The notes beneath the pieces were generated by a model. The model saw only the letters and a program-made list of their open reading frames with translations. It was not told where the DNA came from and made no database searches. A stretch of DNA of 63,704 nt, the filler included, from Octopus bimaculoides (Eukaryota), in NCBI RefSeq assembly GCF_001194135.2. It is 3 parts of 3 records of this genome, joined end to end, with 100 filler letters (N's around TTAATTAATTAA, not from the genome) between each part and the next. Parts side by side here need not be neighbours in the genome. Positions count along the whole stretch, not along the records: positions 39,976 to 63,704 come from NC_068984.1; 2 more parts are not named here. The stretch is one strand, 5' to 3'. Shown here one piece after another: positions 51,697-63,704 of this stretch. The position numbers were made by a program, and so were the translations under genes. Positions within the stretch are counted from its first letter, which is position 1; the number at the start of each line of letters is the position of its first letter.

Positions 51697-51915
51697 AGGC
51701 GGCGAGCTGGTAGAAACGTTAGCACGCCGGGCGAAATGCTTAGCGTTATTTCGTCTGCCGTTACGTTCTGAGTTCAAATTACGCCGAGGTCGACTTTGCT
51801 TTTCATCCTTTCGGGGGTCGATAATAAATTGAGTACCAGTTACGTACTGGAGTCTATCTAATCGACTGGCCCTCTCTCCCCCAAAATTTCGAGCCTTGTG
51901 CCTAGAATAGAAACG
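51697..51915 (+). mobile_element. SINE family A, full length with ~17-bp TSD
   Basis: AAATAGACAGATAGCCA at 51680-51696 vs AAATAGACAGATAACCA at 51916-51932. Confidence 0.95.
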
Positions 51916-53619
51916 AAATAGACAGATAACCATACATACATACACATATGCGTACACATACAATCACATCATTGTCTGGTATTTGTTGCTCTTCGCAGGG
52001 GAGGCTATTCAGTTTATTTGAGAAGTATTGACAGCGGCGTAAAACATGAAATTCGGAACCTAAGCAAAGGTTCCTGGTTCGGCATGTTGAGACCTATTTC
52101 GGTCGCATTCTCTTGAAGAAGAAAATATATAACCAACCAACCTCCTCTCACTAAATTTCTTTCCCTAACGTTTTACATAGTCTAACCTATATAAGTTAAT
52201 GTGTGAAAAATAAAGTAATAATTTTGAACGATGTTTCTATGCAACTTGTTTATGCAAAGTGAATGGCTATGGGGTCCACCAAAATGATTATCAAGGAGGT
52301 CCATAGGCAAAAAAAAAAAAAATGGTTGAACATCAGTGCCCTAGAAGACCATTCAGCAAATAGTAATGGTGGTAGTGGTGGAGGGGTAAACATTGCGCGA
52401 ACAGTTTGTGGAAAGGGCTTCGGGTATGTATGAATATGAATCATAGTTTCTTTCATTTTAACGTGCAGTTATTATAATAACACAGCACTGTCTCACTGCA
52501 AATATTGATTCCAAGTAAAAAGAGCGTTGTAGTGAATCATCGCTAAACAAAGGGTAGCGTATAACTGAGTACTGCTGTGTATCTACTTGAATTTATGATA
52601 ATCATCTCCATCCATTGTTATTATAAGTTTGAAAATGATCGACGCTAAATATGAACACCAATCACTAAACACTGGATGATATGTGAACCACATAAACTTG
52701 ATGTATTCTGCCTGTCAGCCTGTAGGTTTGTAGGTCTGTAGGTCTGTCTATATATCTGTCATTCTCCCCCTTTCTACCTCACCTTTTTTTTCTCTCTAGA
52801 CATATATGTATATGCTTCTGCTAAATNNNNNNNNNNNNNNNNNNNNNNNNNNNNNNNNNNNNNNNNNNNNNNNNNNNNNNNNNNNNNNNNNNNNNNNNNN
52901 NNNNNNNNNNNNNNNNNNNNNNNNNNNNNNNNNNNNNNNNNNNNNNNNNNNNNNNNNNNNNNNNNNNNNNNNNNNNNNNNNNNNNNNNNNNNNNNNNNNN
53001 NNNNNNNNNNNNNNNNNNNNNNNNNNNNNNNNNNNNNNNNNNNNNNNNNNNNNNNNNNNNNNNNNNNNNNNNNNNNNNNNNNNNNNNNNNNNNNNNNNNN
53101 NNNNNNNNNNNNNNNNNNNNNNNNNNNNNNNNNNNNNNNNNNNNNNNNNNNNNNNNNNNNNNNNNNNNNNNNNNNNNNNNNNNNNNNNNNNNNNNNNNNN
53201 NNNNNNNNNNNNNNNNNNNNNNNNNNNNNNNNNNNNNNNNNNNNNNNNNNNNNNNNNNNNNNNNNNNNNNNNNNNNNNNNNNNNNNNNNNNNNNNNNNNN
53301 NNNNNNNNNNNNNNNNNNNNNNNNNNNNNNNNNNNNNNNNNNNNNNNNNNNNNNNNNNNNNNNNNNNNNNNNNNNNNNNNNNNNNNNNNNNNNNNNNNNN
53401 NNNNNNNNNNNNNNNNNNNNNNNNNNNNNNNNNNNNNNNNNNNNNNNNNNNNNNNNNNNNNNNNNNNNNNNNNNNNNNNNNNNNNNNNNNNNNNNNNNNN
53501 NNNNNNNNNNNNNNNNNNNNNNNNNNNNNNNNNNNNNNNNNNNNNNNNNNNNNNNNNNNNNNNNNNNNNNNNNNNNNNNNNNNNNNNNNNNNNNNNNNNN
53601 NNNNNNNNNATATATATAT

Positions 53620-54058
53620 ACATATACGACGGTCTTCTTCCAGTTTCCGCCTACTAAATCTACTCACAAGGATTTGGTCAGCCCGAGGCTATAGTAGAAA
53701 ACACTTGCCTAAAGTACCACGCAGTGGGACTGAACCCAGGACCATGTGGTTGATAACATCACCTGTCCTTGTCTGTTATTGTGTTTTTTTTTCGTACATT
53801 CTCCCTCCTATATATATATTATATGTATATTAGATATGTGTATGTGAGTGTGGATTTGTGTATCGCTGTGTGCGCGTTTGTCCCCACCCCCACCGTTTGA
53901 CAACCGGTGTTGCAGTGTTTACATCCCATGTAACTTAGTATTTTGGCAAAAGAGACCGATAGAAGACGTACCAGGCTTTCGACTAAAATTCTTCAAGGTG
54001 ATTCCCCAGCTTGGCTGCAGTCTAACGACTGAAGCAGGTAAGAGGCAAAAGATAAACG
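53620..54058. mobile_element. SINE family B fragments (minus head 53620-53752; plus tail 53850-54058)
   Basis: Matches to the B consensus on opposite strands. Confidence 0.7.
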
Positions 54059-54078
54059 ACACTCACACGCATGCGCGT

Positions 54079-54117
<39 letters not shown>

Positions 54118-55106
54118 CATATACATGTCGGTGTGTAGAACATTGGTAAGTTCTTCCTGTTTGTAAGAACGCAAATGATTGAAGTCGACGTGTTGGAGAT
54201 ATAACTTTGCGACTAAAAGACGTGAATAATGCATAACATTTAGACGGATACTAAACCAATTTACCTTTCGGAATCTGTTAATATCTGATAACTGATCTCT
54301 GCGTAAGAAGTATATAACATAATCGGTGGAAAGCTGGTACAAAACGGCTTGTGACATTTAATCACGTTCCTTTCCTTTCTGACTTGAAATTTCGTCGTAA
54401 TCAACTTTGTCATTTTTAATTCCGAGGTCCATAAAGAAAACATCAGGAATACATCTGGGTAGATATAACCGATTATAGTTTTACCTAATAAGTGTGTGTG
54501 TTGTGCTTTTGTAAGAAATCAATATTAATTCTAGCCCTTATTTACCATTAACCCGGTAGTTTCCACCCACACCTGCACTGATCGGTTAAGAGAGAAAGTA
54601 CACTACATAGGACATTAATCTATCCTAAATTAGCTTTCTTAAAACTATCCTAAATTAACTTCCCAGACAATCGCATTGGGTATTCCCCTGTTATATATTC
54701 CATAGTAACTGTAATATTATTTGTAGACTGGCTTATCAGCGTAACAGCTTACTCTTTCCACACACATTTGCACACGCACATTTACACGCGCCGGTGTACA
54801 CATTCCCTCATCAAACCATACATTTAGTATTGAAATCTCTGTTGGTTACTAACGTAATACATACGTATCGTAAAATCATGTATCACCAGAACAGAACAGC
54901 TTTATGAGCCCAAGAGGGAAGCTCATTTCTAGGTCATCCACCATGCTAGAAATAACTGTTAAATCCACCTGAAACTACATTCTGCCAATTTCCTTACAAA
55001 CAAAGTGCTTCGAGTTGCTTCCGCTTGTAAATTTATTTCTCATTTAAGTTTGGTGTTTATATGAATCCATAATATAGTTTATATTAACGTGGTTACCATT
55101 TATATG

Positions 55107-55171
<65 letters not shown>

Positions 55172-55174
<3 letters not shown>

Positions 55175-55391
55175 GGTTTCAAACTCTGGCATGGGCCAGC
55201 AGTTTTTTTTAAGGGAAGGGGAAGTCGAATATATCGACTCCCGGTGCTTGGCTGGTACTTAATTTATCGACCTCGAAAGGATGAAAGGCAAGGTCGACCT
55301 CGGTGGAATTTGAGTTTAGAACGTAAAGACGGTCGAAATGCCACTGCGCATTTTGTCCGGCGTACCAACAGTTCTGCCAGCTCGTCGCCTT
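55172..55391 (-). mobile_element. SINE family A flanked by trinucleotide tracts
   Basis: Consensus match. Confidence 0.85.
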
Positions 55392-55437
55392 AATAATAAT
55401 AATGATAATAATAATAATAATGAGGATGACGACGACT

Positions 55438-55443
<6 letters not shown>

Positions 55444-55511
<68 letters not shown>
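55444..55511. repeat. Perfect 68-bp (GAT)n/(CAT)n palindrome
   Basis: The GAT run switches to CAT at the central GATC (55476-55479); arms are 34 nt. Confidence 0.9.
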
Positions 55512-55971
55512 TATCGCAATAATAATAATATGCTTTCTCATTCTTTTTCGCTTAAGCATTTTAAGTCGGAATGATTGCCTGGAAATACACGGTACGCTAT
55601 ACAAGCTTGTCCAACCATTGTATTATAAGAGGTATGAAATTAATGGCAGATCGCATTCACATCCTATATATGTTAAATCATATTTATCTCTTACTAGATG
55701 GAGTACTCTTTGTGATGAGCCCGCCAGTAATGGAACAGTATATTATATATATNNNNNNNNNNNNNNNNNNNNNNNNNNNNNNNNNNNNNNNNNNNNNNNN
55801 NNNNNNNNNNNNNNNNNNNNNNNNNNNNNNNNNNNNNNNNNNNNNNNNNNNNNNNNNNNNNNNNNNNNNNNNNNNNNNNNNNNNNNNNNNNNNNNNNNNN
55901 NNNNNNNNNNNNNNNNNNNNNNNNNNNNNNNNNNNNNNNNNNNNNNNNGTGACAGTCCCAATAAGGGAATC

Positions 55972-56087
55972 ATACTGCTGCTATCTAGCCCTAGGAAGCT
56001 GGACCGCATCCTGTCGGACTTGACACATTTCCTGTGTCCTTATGTTTGCGAGGGGGAGACAAGCACTTCCTAGGGCTAAATAGCAGT

Positions 56088-56092
<5 letters not shown>
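55972..56092. mobile_element. Small MITE-like element (~120 bp)
   Basis: 27-bp IRs ATACTGCTGCTATCTAGCCCTAGGAAG vs reverse complement ATACTACTGCTATTTAGCCCTAGGAAG (2 mismatches). Confidence 0.7.
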
Positions 56093-56141
<49 letters not shown>

Positions 56142-56151
56142 TGTATACATA

Positions 56152-56367
56152 CGAGCGAGTGCTGAAAAGGTCCTGGTTTTGGGTACAAGAAAGTACAGGA
56201 GGATCAGTTAATGATGATTTTATTCAACATATTCCTCTCTCAGATTCACACACTTATTGCAGCGGCCCTTCAGTTTTTCTAAGCCCTGTAAAAGAACTCG
56301 GAAGGTTGGACCTCGAACAGGGCCCTTCGTGATACCCTGAAAGCCAGGAACTTTTCAGCATCTCCCG
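56152..56367 (-). mobile_element. mariner-derived MITE (second subfamily)
   Basis: IRs CGAGCGAGTGCTGAAAAGGTCCTGGTTT / AAAGCCAGGAACTTTTCAGCATCTCCCG. Minus-strand remnant QGLEKLKGRCNKCVNLREEYVE* is a mariner C-terminus. Confidence 0.8.
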
Positions 56368-57164
56368 CCACCTTTCTACACACACAACACTCTCTATCTC
56401 TCTCTTCTACACGCACACACACACATATATATACACACAGATACACACACACGTGTATATATATATAATTAACAGATGTGTGATAAAAATCCAAGGCTGT
56501 GAAAGATTTCAGAACAGATTCGCATAATCACCGAACCTGGAGCTTAACGATAGTCTGTCCATAGCACTTATAACCTCCAACATACATATATATATTTAAT
56601 GAACAAATGTATGTATGTGTATATATGCGTACGCACATGTGTGCAAGTTGAGTATACTGAGAAGTGGCAAAATCTCAGCTAGAAGATATTAATTAAAATA
56701 GATATCTAATTAACATTACGCCAAACGCTTATTAAGGATTCATACGTTAAATCGTTCTTATCAGTAGAGACGAAATAACGAAAGAAAATTGTACGCTTAT
56801 GTCCAACATTATAAGAAGCTTGTGCCACGTGAATTTCATGGAAACAGATGGAACGGTGAGTCGGTTTTTAATGAAACTTGGAACGAATTGAACTGAAAGA
56901 CCGTATAACATGCAATTGTTCGCAAGATATCTCACGTATGAAATCACTGTTAATGACTGTACTTTCAGAGTGTTTAATCTTTTAATTAAATAATCCACTG
57001 AATATAAGTTTTAGTCATAGCGTTTAAAATATATAGTGGTTTAATTTTAGAAATGGTTTTCCTACGTAACCGGTAACTTCTACCTCGAAAGCAGGAGATT
57101 GGCTCTGAAAACAGCTTGGGAAATTGGGTAAAAAAAAACCCCTTGTTAGACGGAAAACGTGGCC

Positions 57165-57245
57165 AGCAAGCAGCTACGGAAAATCGAACTCCGTTTTTCT
57201 TAAATTGCAGCTGAGCACTCTATCCTTTGAGCTAAGCGGCTCCGC
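57165..57245 (-). pseudogene. Decayed tRNA-like head (old SINE)
   Basis: GGAGCCGCTTAGCTCAAAGGATAGAGTGCTC...GAGTTCGATT gives A/B-box-like words. Confidence 0.35.
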
Positions 57246-57589
57246 GTTCGATATATAAATATATACTCATATATCAACCAGGCTATTGGATATTTTTATG
57301 CACAGCTGGTCACAATGCACTTCCAATTCTTTCTTGATCGCACCATTCTCGTTTAACTAAATTGTCTTTCCATCGTAGTCGATGCCTCTCGAGTGGCCTC
57401 TTCCGATCTATAGTGTACTCAGCAATATGTATACATATTTTACGCTTGTGTATGTGCGTGTTTATATATATATATATATAAGATTCAGTTGAATTAGGTA
57501 TTTAAATTGAGGCACTTCGCTACGTCGGAATAATATACACGAAACAATACTATGTGAATAACAAACTTGGTACGTAAGTACCAACCGAA

Positions 57590-57660
<71 letters not shown>

Positions 57661-57790
57661 GCTGAGTGAAGAAATCCGCTCTTGAGCTATACAAACATGT
57701 ACACTATATTAAATATATGGTCCATAGTATTTACGAAGGACAGAATCTGAGACAGGTGAATAAAATATGTGTAACAGTAGAGGTACAGGT

Positions 57791-57885
57791 ATCAATTTAT
57801 TACGGCCGTTTCGAATGAGTCCTTTAATTGATTAATGAAGACATTATATGATTGTAAAGAAACCGTTTTCGTCAGACGAATTCAT
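57791..57885 (-). ncRNA. Degenerate type I hammerhead (PLE-type)
   Basis: AUGAAUUCGU-CUGACGA-...-AUUC-GAAACGGCCGUA^AUAAAUUGAU. Stem III palindrome is ACGGCCGU and stem I pairs 8 of 10, but the 10.1-11.1 pair is broken (A/C). Confidence 0.5.
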
Positions 57886-57987
57886 GAACTTCAAAATTAA
57901 GGATATCCGAAATGATTTAACATAGTTTAAAATCCATGGAGCAAAAACATTTATAGTGATTCTACTACTATTTTAGGTGACAGATAC

Positions 57988-58222
57988 AAGAGGGGCGAGC
58001 TGGCAGAAACGTTAGCACGCCGGGTGAAGTGCTTAGCGGTATTCCGTCTGCCGTTACGTTCTGAGTTCAAATTCCGCCGAGGTCGACTTTGCCTTTAATC
58101 CTCTGGGGGTCGATTAAATAAGCACCAGTTACGCACTGGGGTCGATGTAATCGATTTAATCTATTTGTCCTTGTTTGTCCCCTCTATGTTTAGCCTCTTG
58201 TGGGCAATAAAGAAATAAGAAA
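57988..58222 (+). mobile_element. SINE family A (long-tail variant)
   Basis: Near-consensus copy. Confidence 0.9.
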
Positions 58223-58727
58223 TAGTAGAAGATTCACTGCAAATGTTAATCAGTTGAAGGAGTCGTTAGAAACGGCAATAATAGATTGACACCTGTTGCT
58301 CATTTATATATCTATATATATAGTATTTGTCTGCGTATGTAAATATGTATATATGCATGGGTATCTATAAATTTTCTGTCTACTATGTGTGTCTACATAA
58401 ATCTTCTATATAACACTATAACAGTCTCTTTTTCGTGAAAATCATATTAAACTGATACCGTTTAATTATTAAACGACTTGTCCTCTCTCCTTATTCAATT
58501 GAATGCCGCACGAGAACAGCTAGTTTGTTTTCTCCATATAACGTAAATTAGATTAACTATTCTTCACTTAATAATTCACAAGATGAGAAATGTCTCATTT
58601 ATACATTATGACGAAATTAATAAGCTAGTTATCACATGTGTTTTATATGTAATATTTCTTCTTTTTCCATTCCATTTCTTTACTGTGTCATAAAGGACTG
58701 CAATAGCCCTCAAGTCGCTGTTTCATT

Positions 58728-58798
58728 GAGCTCTTATATACTAAGAGCTCTTATATACTAAGAGCTCTTATATACTAAGAGCTCTTATATACTAAGAG
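58728..58798. repeat. 17-bp perfect tandem repeat (4 units) containing the 12-bp palindrome TAAGAGCTCTTA
   Basis: (GAGCTCTTATATACTAA)x4 read directly. Confidence 0.95.
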
Positions 58799-59549
58799 AA
58801 AAACATTGCGTGAGTCTGTTACATAGTACTTAATATTTTTCCGAAAGTTGCCTGGACAACAGCATTCCGTTTTCGCCATCCAGAGAACTACACAACACAT
58901 AGAAAAGCACATTTGGAAATCGAAAGACAAATGATAGATTACCAGAGTCTGAAAGTAAGAACGGATTAAGGGTGCTAAGAAAACGGATTACGGATGTTTC
59001 CGAAAACTGCGATGATATTCGACGCCGTTCTATTAATCTTAAGTATTTAAAATGTCAACTAATTTTAACTTGCCGAAAAATACCCAAATTTTTACTCGCT
59101 AACTTCCAAGTTAATTTTTCTACGTCACTTGCATTGCGTAGAATCATTCGCTCGCCCTCCTTTTCTGCCCGGCAAATGTGTTCGGTCGACTGATGTTGCT
59201 TTCGAACAAAACTGCTGCACGATTATGTAATTCCTGTTTATCTCAAAAATATCAACACAAGCACATAAACACANNNNNNNNNNNNNNNNNNNNNNNNNNN
59301 NNNNNNNNNNNNNNNNNNNNNNNNNNNNNNNNNNNNNNNNNNNNNNNNNNNNNNNNNNNNNNNNNNNNNNNNNNNNNNNNNNNNNNNNNNNNNNNNNNNN
59401 NNNNNNNNNNNNNNNNNNNNNNNNNNNNNNNNNNNNNNNNNNNNNNNNNNNNNNNNNNNNNNNNNNNNNNNNNNNNNNNNNNNNNNNNNNNNNNNNNNNN
59501 NNNNNNNNNNNNNNNNNNNNNNNNNNNNNNNNNNNNNNNNNNNNNNNNN

Positions 59550-59586
<37 letters not shown>

Positions 59587-59913
59587 ATACATCTTTATGA
59601 ATTTTTATGTTTAAACTTTTTTTTAATCAATTGTCATTTTTTTTCATTATATGAAGTGAAAAAATGTACGAAATAATGTATTGTGTATTTTCAATGTACA
59701 GTACTTGAGATTCACACACAGTCACAGAAACACACTCACACGCGCAGACATATACATAAACATACATACATACACATTAACATGCTCATATATATACATA
59801 GACAGAAGGTTTATATATATTTATATATAGATACACATATTACACACACACACACACACACGCACACACACACACACATACACACACACACATAATAATA
59901 TATGCGTCTCAGC

Positions 59914-59988
<75 letters not shown>

Positions 59989-60364
59989 ACATATGTATAT
60001 AAATATATATACGTATATGCCTCTGTGTGTGTGTGTACGATGTATGTATAAGTATGTACAACATAGAGTACCTACCTTTAATGTGAAGTACACAAATATT
60101 TCGAATTCCAATAAAATAATTTACTTCGCATCAATTGCTTTTTATTCTTCCATTAATATTCATTCAGTTTTCCCACCTCATCCCCAAATCGATCGCTAAA
60201 GCTACCTTCCTACATACATAAATGTATAACTATATACATATACACTATATACACTTAACTACTTACCTTATGTATGTATGTTTGTAGGCATGTGTTTATG
60301 TATGTATATCTTCTCTCTCTATATACACATACATATATTTATACATACACAGACACATATACAT

Positions 60365-60395
<31 letters not shown>

Positions 60396-60526
60396 TATAT
60401 ATATATGTTTATTTCTTCCTTTGACTCTGTATGTATAAAGATACATACATTTTTATATATACATTCTCACACACATACATAAATATGCACGCTGATATAC
60501 ATGAATATATATACATATGTGCAAAC

Positions 60527-60573
<47 letters not shown>

Positions 60574-62159
60574 TATATACTAAAAACATCATTATACACT
60601 CAAAACATCATTATGATAAGAGCTTTAATAGTTCATCTATGTAGAAGTTATAATTGCAAATTTTGGAAACTCACAATACAGGAAACTTTGTAATATTTGT
60701 GTTACACCTGGTACATAACGTATAATATGCTACTAATTAGAAATATAAGAACGTACAATGTGTCTCCCCAGAATGGAGGCTGCTGAATTAAATGAAGTCA
60801 ATAGAAAGGGATAAATGAATATCTATTTTCGAATATAGAATATAGACCAGAATCCCGTTGGCTTCCCTACGTTGATGCGACTTGTAAGAGCTTTTTGTGT
60901 AAAGGTTAAATTCAAGTTTTAGCATCATTACTCTTTACATATTTGCTATCAGATTGTGGTTGTGGAACCTGTAACGATGTTTTGTTTTCCTGGATATAAT
61001 GACCAATCTAGAGTTGTTGGTAAGTTATTGATAGGAACCGACACGGTCTTTCTGTCTTTTTTTTTATTTTTGTTCAGCCCCAGGTTAGTTTTAGTCAACC
61101 AATCTTATGATCAACATCTCAGTCATGACTTCTTCCCATTTCAAATGTTCTTTTTCATTGTTTACTTGTTTCGAACGATTAATCAAACAATCAGGCAATT
61201 GACTAATAATTAAACGAAGTAAAACAGAACCAGTGTATGTGTTTATTATTGACACAATAACCCTCCTGAGATGCAAAAAATAAAGAAAAAAAAAGGAAAT
61301 GTATACTACTTGAAATTATGGTGTACTAAAACTGCCATATTTGATTAACGCTCAGCAAAAGTTTTAGGTGGAAAAAATAGATTAGAAATGACGTTTTGAG
61401 CATGGCACTTCGTCGGTGAGAGGAAAAAGTTCAGAGAAGAGGGAAAAGAGGAAGGGGCTGTTAGTACGGAGTAAAACACGTTTGTCTTTGCATGGCCCAA
61501 AAAATAAGTGACCGGATGTAGAAAAGAAATGAAGAATGTTGTTTTTGAAAGTAGGATACATAATAATATATATATATATATAATATATGTATAACTAAAT
61601 GTGTAAATAACAACAGACCATTTAATAATGGAGAGATTCAGTACTGAAATTAGAGTCAAAGTTATTGAATAAAAATTCATTTCTACTGGGAAGTTCCACC
61701 TGACCGTTTAATGAACCATTAAATCTATTGCGTATATTAATAACTGTTGTATATTAATATCTGTAAAAACAGATTGTCAGGTACTCTAGACTTTATACTT
61801 ATGATATCAAATACTAAAAATGAATTGTAGAGTGTTATTATAGATCGTTTAATTTATCACCGTTGTTTAATTTATCAACTCAAACCAATAACGTAACTTT
61901 GGTCGCTTACGCTGCTAGAAATTGAAACCAAATCACTCTCAACTAATAACTATACAAATATTTTGTTTTAAGAACACATTGGATAATATAGCCTAGCTAC
62001 ACTAAACTATTTGACAGAAATTTGCCTCGTATTTGTTGCAGCGACAATGTAACGTTCAGACGGGGACGATGTTCAGATTGGAGTTTGAAATTGTGGCGAC
62101 TAAGACGGGAACGATGATGAAGATGACGAAAAATTCTGATAGTGTTGGTGGTGATCTTG

Positions 62160-62351
62160 GAGATTTGTGATCTCAAGTACGAGATGCAGGTTTGACTGGT
62201 TAAGTAGCTTGCTTGTCAATCACGTGGGTTACGAGTTCAGGGCCGCTGCTCATTAACTTGGGCTAATGTCGTCAACTATAGCTCTGGGCTGAACGTGTGT
62301 GAATTTGTCAGTGAGTTTGGTTGATGGAAACTGTGTAGAAGACCGTTGTAT

Positions 62352-62383
<32 letters not shown>

Positions 62384-63200
62384 TCATACACACACACACA
62401 CACACACACACACAGATATATATATATATGTGTATATATATATATATATATNNNNNNNNNNNNNNNNNNNNNNNNNNNNNNNNNNNNNNNNNNNNNNNNN
62501 NNNNNNNNNNNNNNNNNNNNNNNNNNNNNNNNNNNNNNNNNNNNNNNNNNNNNNNNNNNNNNNNNNNNNNNNNNNNNNNNNNNNNNNNNNNNNNNNNNNN
62601 NNNNNNNNNNNNNNNNNNNNNNNNNNNNNNNNNNNNNNNNNNNNNNNNNNNNNNNNNNNNNNNNNNNNNNNNNNNNNNNNNNNNNNNNNNNNNNNNNNNN
62701 NNNNNNNNNNNNNNNNNNNNNNNNNNNNNNNNNNNNNNNNNNNNNNNNNNNNNNNNNNNNNNNNNNNNNNNNNNNNNNNNNNNNNNATGAGTATTTATCT
62801 TGTGCTTTGTTGTGTCGACGCCCCCAGGCGAAGAAATAGGATCTCTCAAGACATATAAATAGAGGTAGTCTGGCCGTGGTAGGTGTGTTGAGTAGCAGTT
62901 CAGTAGCAGTCGAGTAGCAGTTGTGTAGCGGTTGAGTAGAGATCATCCGAAGGTACTAGATAGCAATAGCTTGAGACATAACATGCTTATTTTTGGCTCC
63001 CACTCAACAACTTCACAATCAGTGTCGTTTCATTTATGTCCCCGCAAACTAGCGGCTCGGCAAGACGGACCTTTAGAATTCGTCCTACACGTTAAAACAA
63101 AATCGAGTCGATTTGTTCGATTAAAACTCTTCACCACGCTACTCCAGGATGGTCGTCACAGTCCAGAAGTCCAATGACTGAAACAAGTAAAAAATAAAAG
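62160..63200 (+). mobile_element. Degenerate SINE family B parts (head 62160-62350; tail 63010-63200) around a gap
   Basis: GGTTAAGTAGCTTGCTTGTCAATCACGTGGGTTACGAGTTCAG head and ...GTCCAATGACTGAAACAAGTAAAA tail. Confidence 0.6.
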
Positions 63201-63212
63201 ACAGACAGACAG

Positions 63213-63255
<43 letters not shown>

Positions 63256-63260
63256 GACAG

Positions 63261-63291
<31 letters not shown>

Positions 63292-63704
63292 CACGCGGAT
63301 ACACACAGAGACGCACATACATATATGTCTTTATAAAAACGCATATCTGCATCTATATATGAACTTGCATATAAATATATATATACATACATATACGTGT
63401 GTGTGTGAGCACGCATAGGCGCATACACATATACAAGTATATATTATGCAACATAAATTTCTCTTTGAATCACGAACTCTCTTAATGGCTACTGGCAAAG
63501 TGTTCGGTATTTTACAATACATTAGAGTTGTGTGCATATTTTCCCACGGACGTCGCTAACTGGTGTTGGATACAAATTAAAACAGCGTCTGGGAAGTGGC
63601 TGAAAGGAATGAATAAAATATGAAATATAAAGCGACGGCAATTTTTCCAACATTCAGAATTACAACATTATGCATCCTCATATATATATATATATATATA
63701 TATA

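Noticed and set aside
54265-54298. 34-nt minus-strand micro-exon candidate (TTCTTACGCAG...AAG|GTAAAT)
   Set aside because: The peptide is unrecognisable, the signals can occur by chance, and its strand conflicts with the 60953 candidate.
62820-62960. TATAAATAGAGG with GTAGCAGT short repeats (LTR- or promoter-like)
   Set aside because: No TG...CA boundaries, PBS or PPT are visible, and it abuts a gap.

Overview
This is AT-rich, repeat-saturated eukaryotic genomic DNA with many N gaps. The SINE families, (TA)/(CA)/(ATT) microsatellites and gap style suggest an Octopus (cephalopod) scaffold, which is an inference. I found no convincing host protein-coding gene, rRNA, true tRNA or CRISPR array; the supplied ORFs are mostly gap or microsatellite artefacts. 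The window holds three abundant tRNA-derived SINE families (here A, B, C), fossil LINEs (Tx1/L1, RTE, R4/Dong-like), Penelope-like element (PLE) ends, Tc1/mariner/hAT/Helitron remnants and several minisatellites. The best signal is a set of minimal type I hammerhead ribozyme (HHR) motifs on the minus strand. One lies in a PLE 3' end arranged as GIY-YIG endonuclease, tRNA-like Pol III head, (AAT)n, then a hammerhead whose palindromic stem III would require dimerisation. Other notable observations are a SINE-terminus-derived 19-bp minisatellite that creates arrays of AP-1 and E-box words, and a SINE pile-up separated by a recurring 15-bp TSD-like word.
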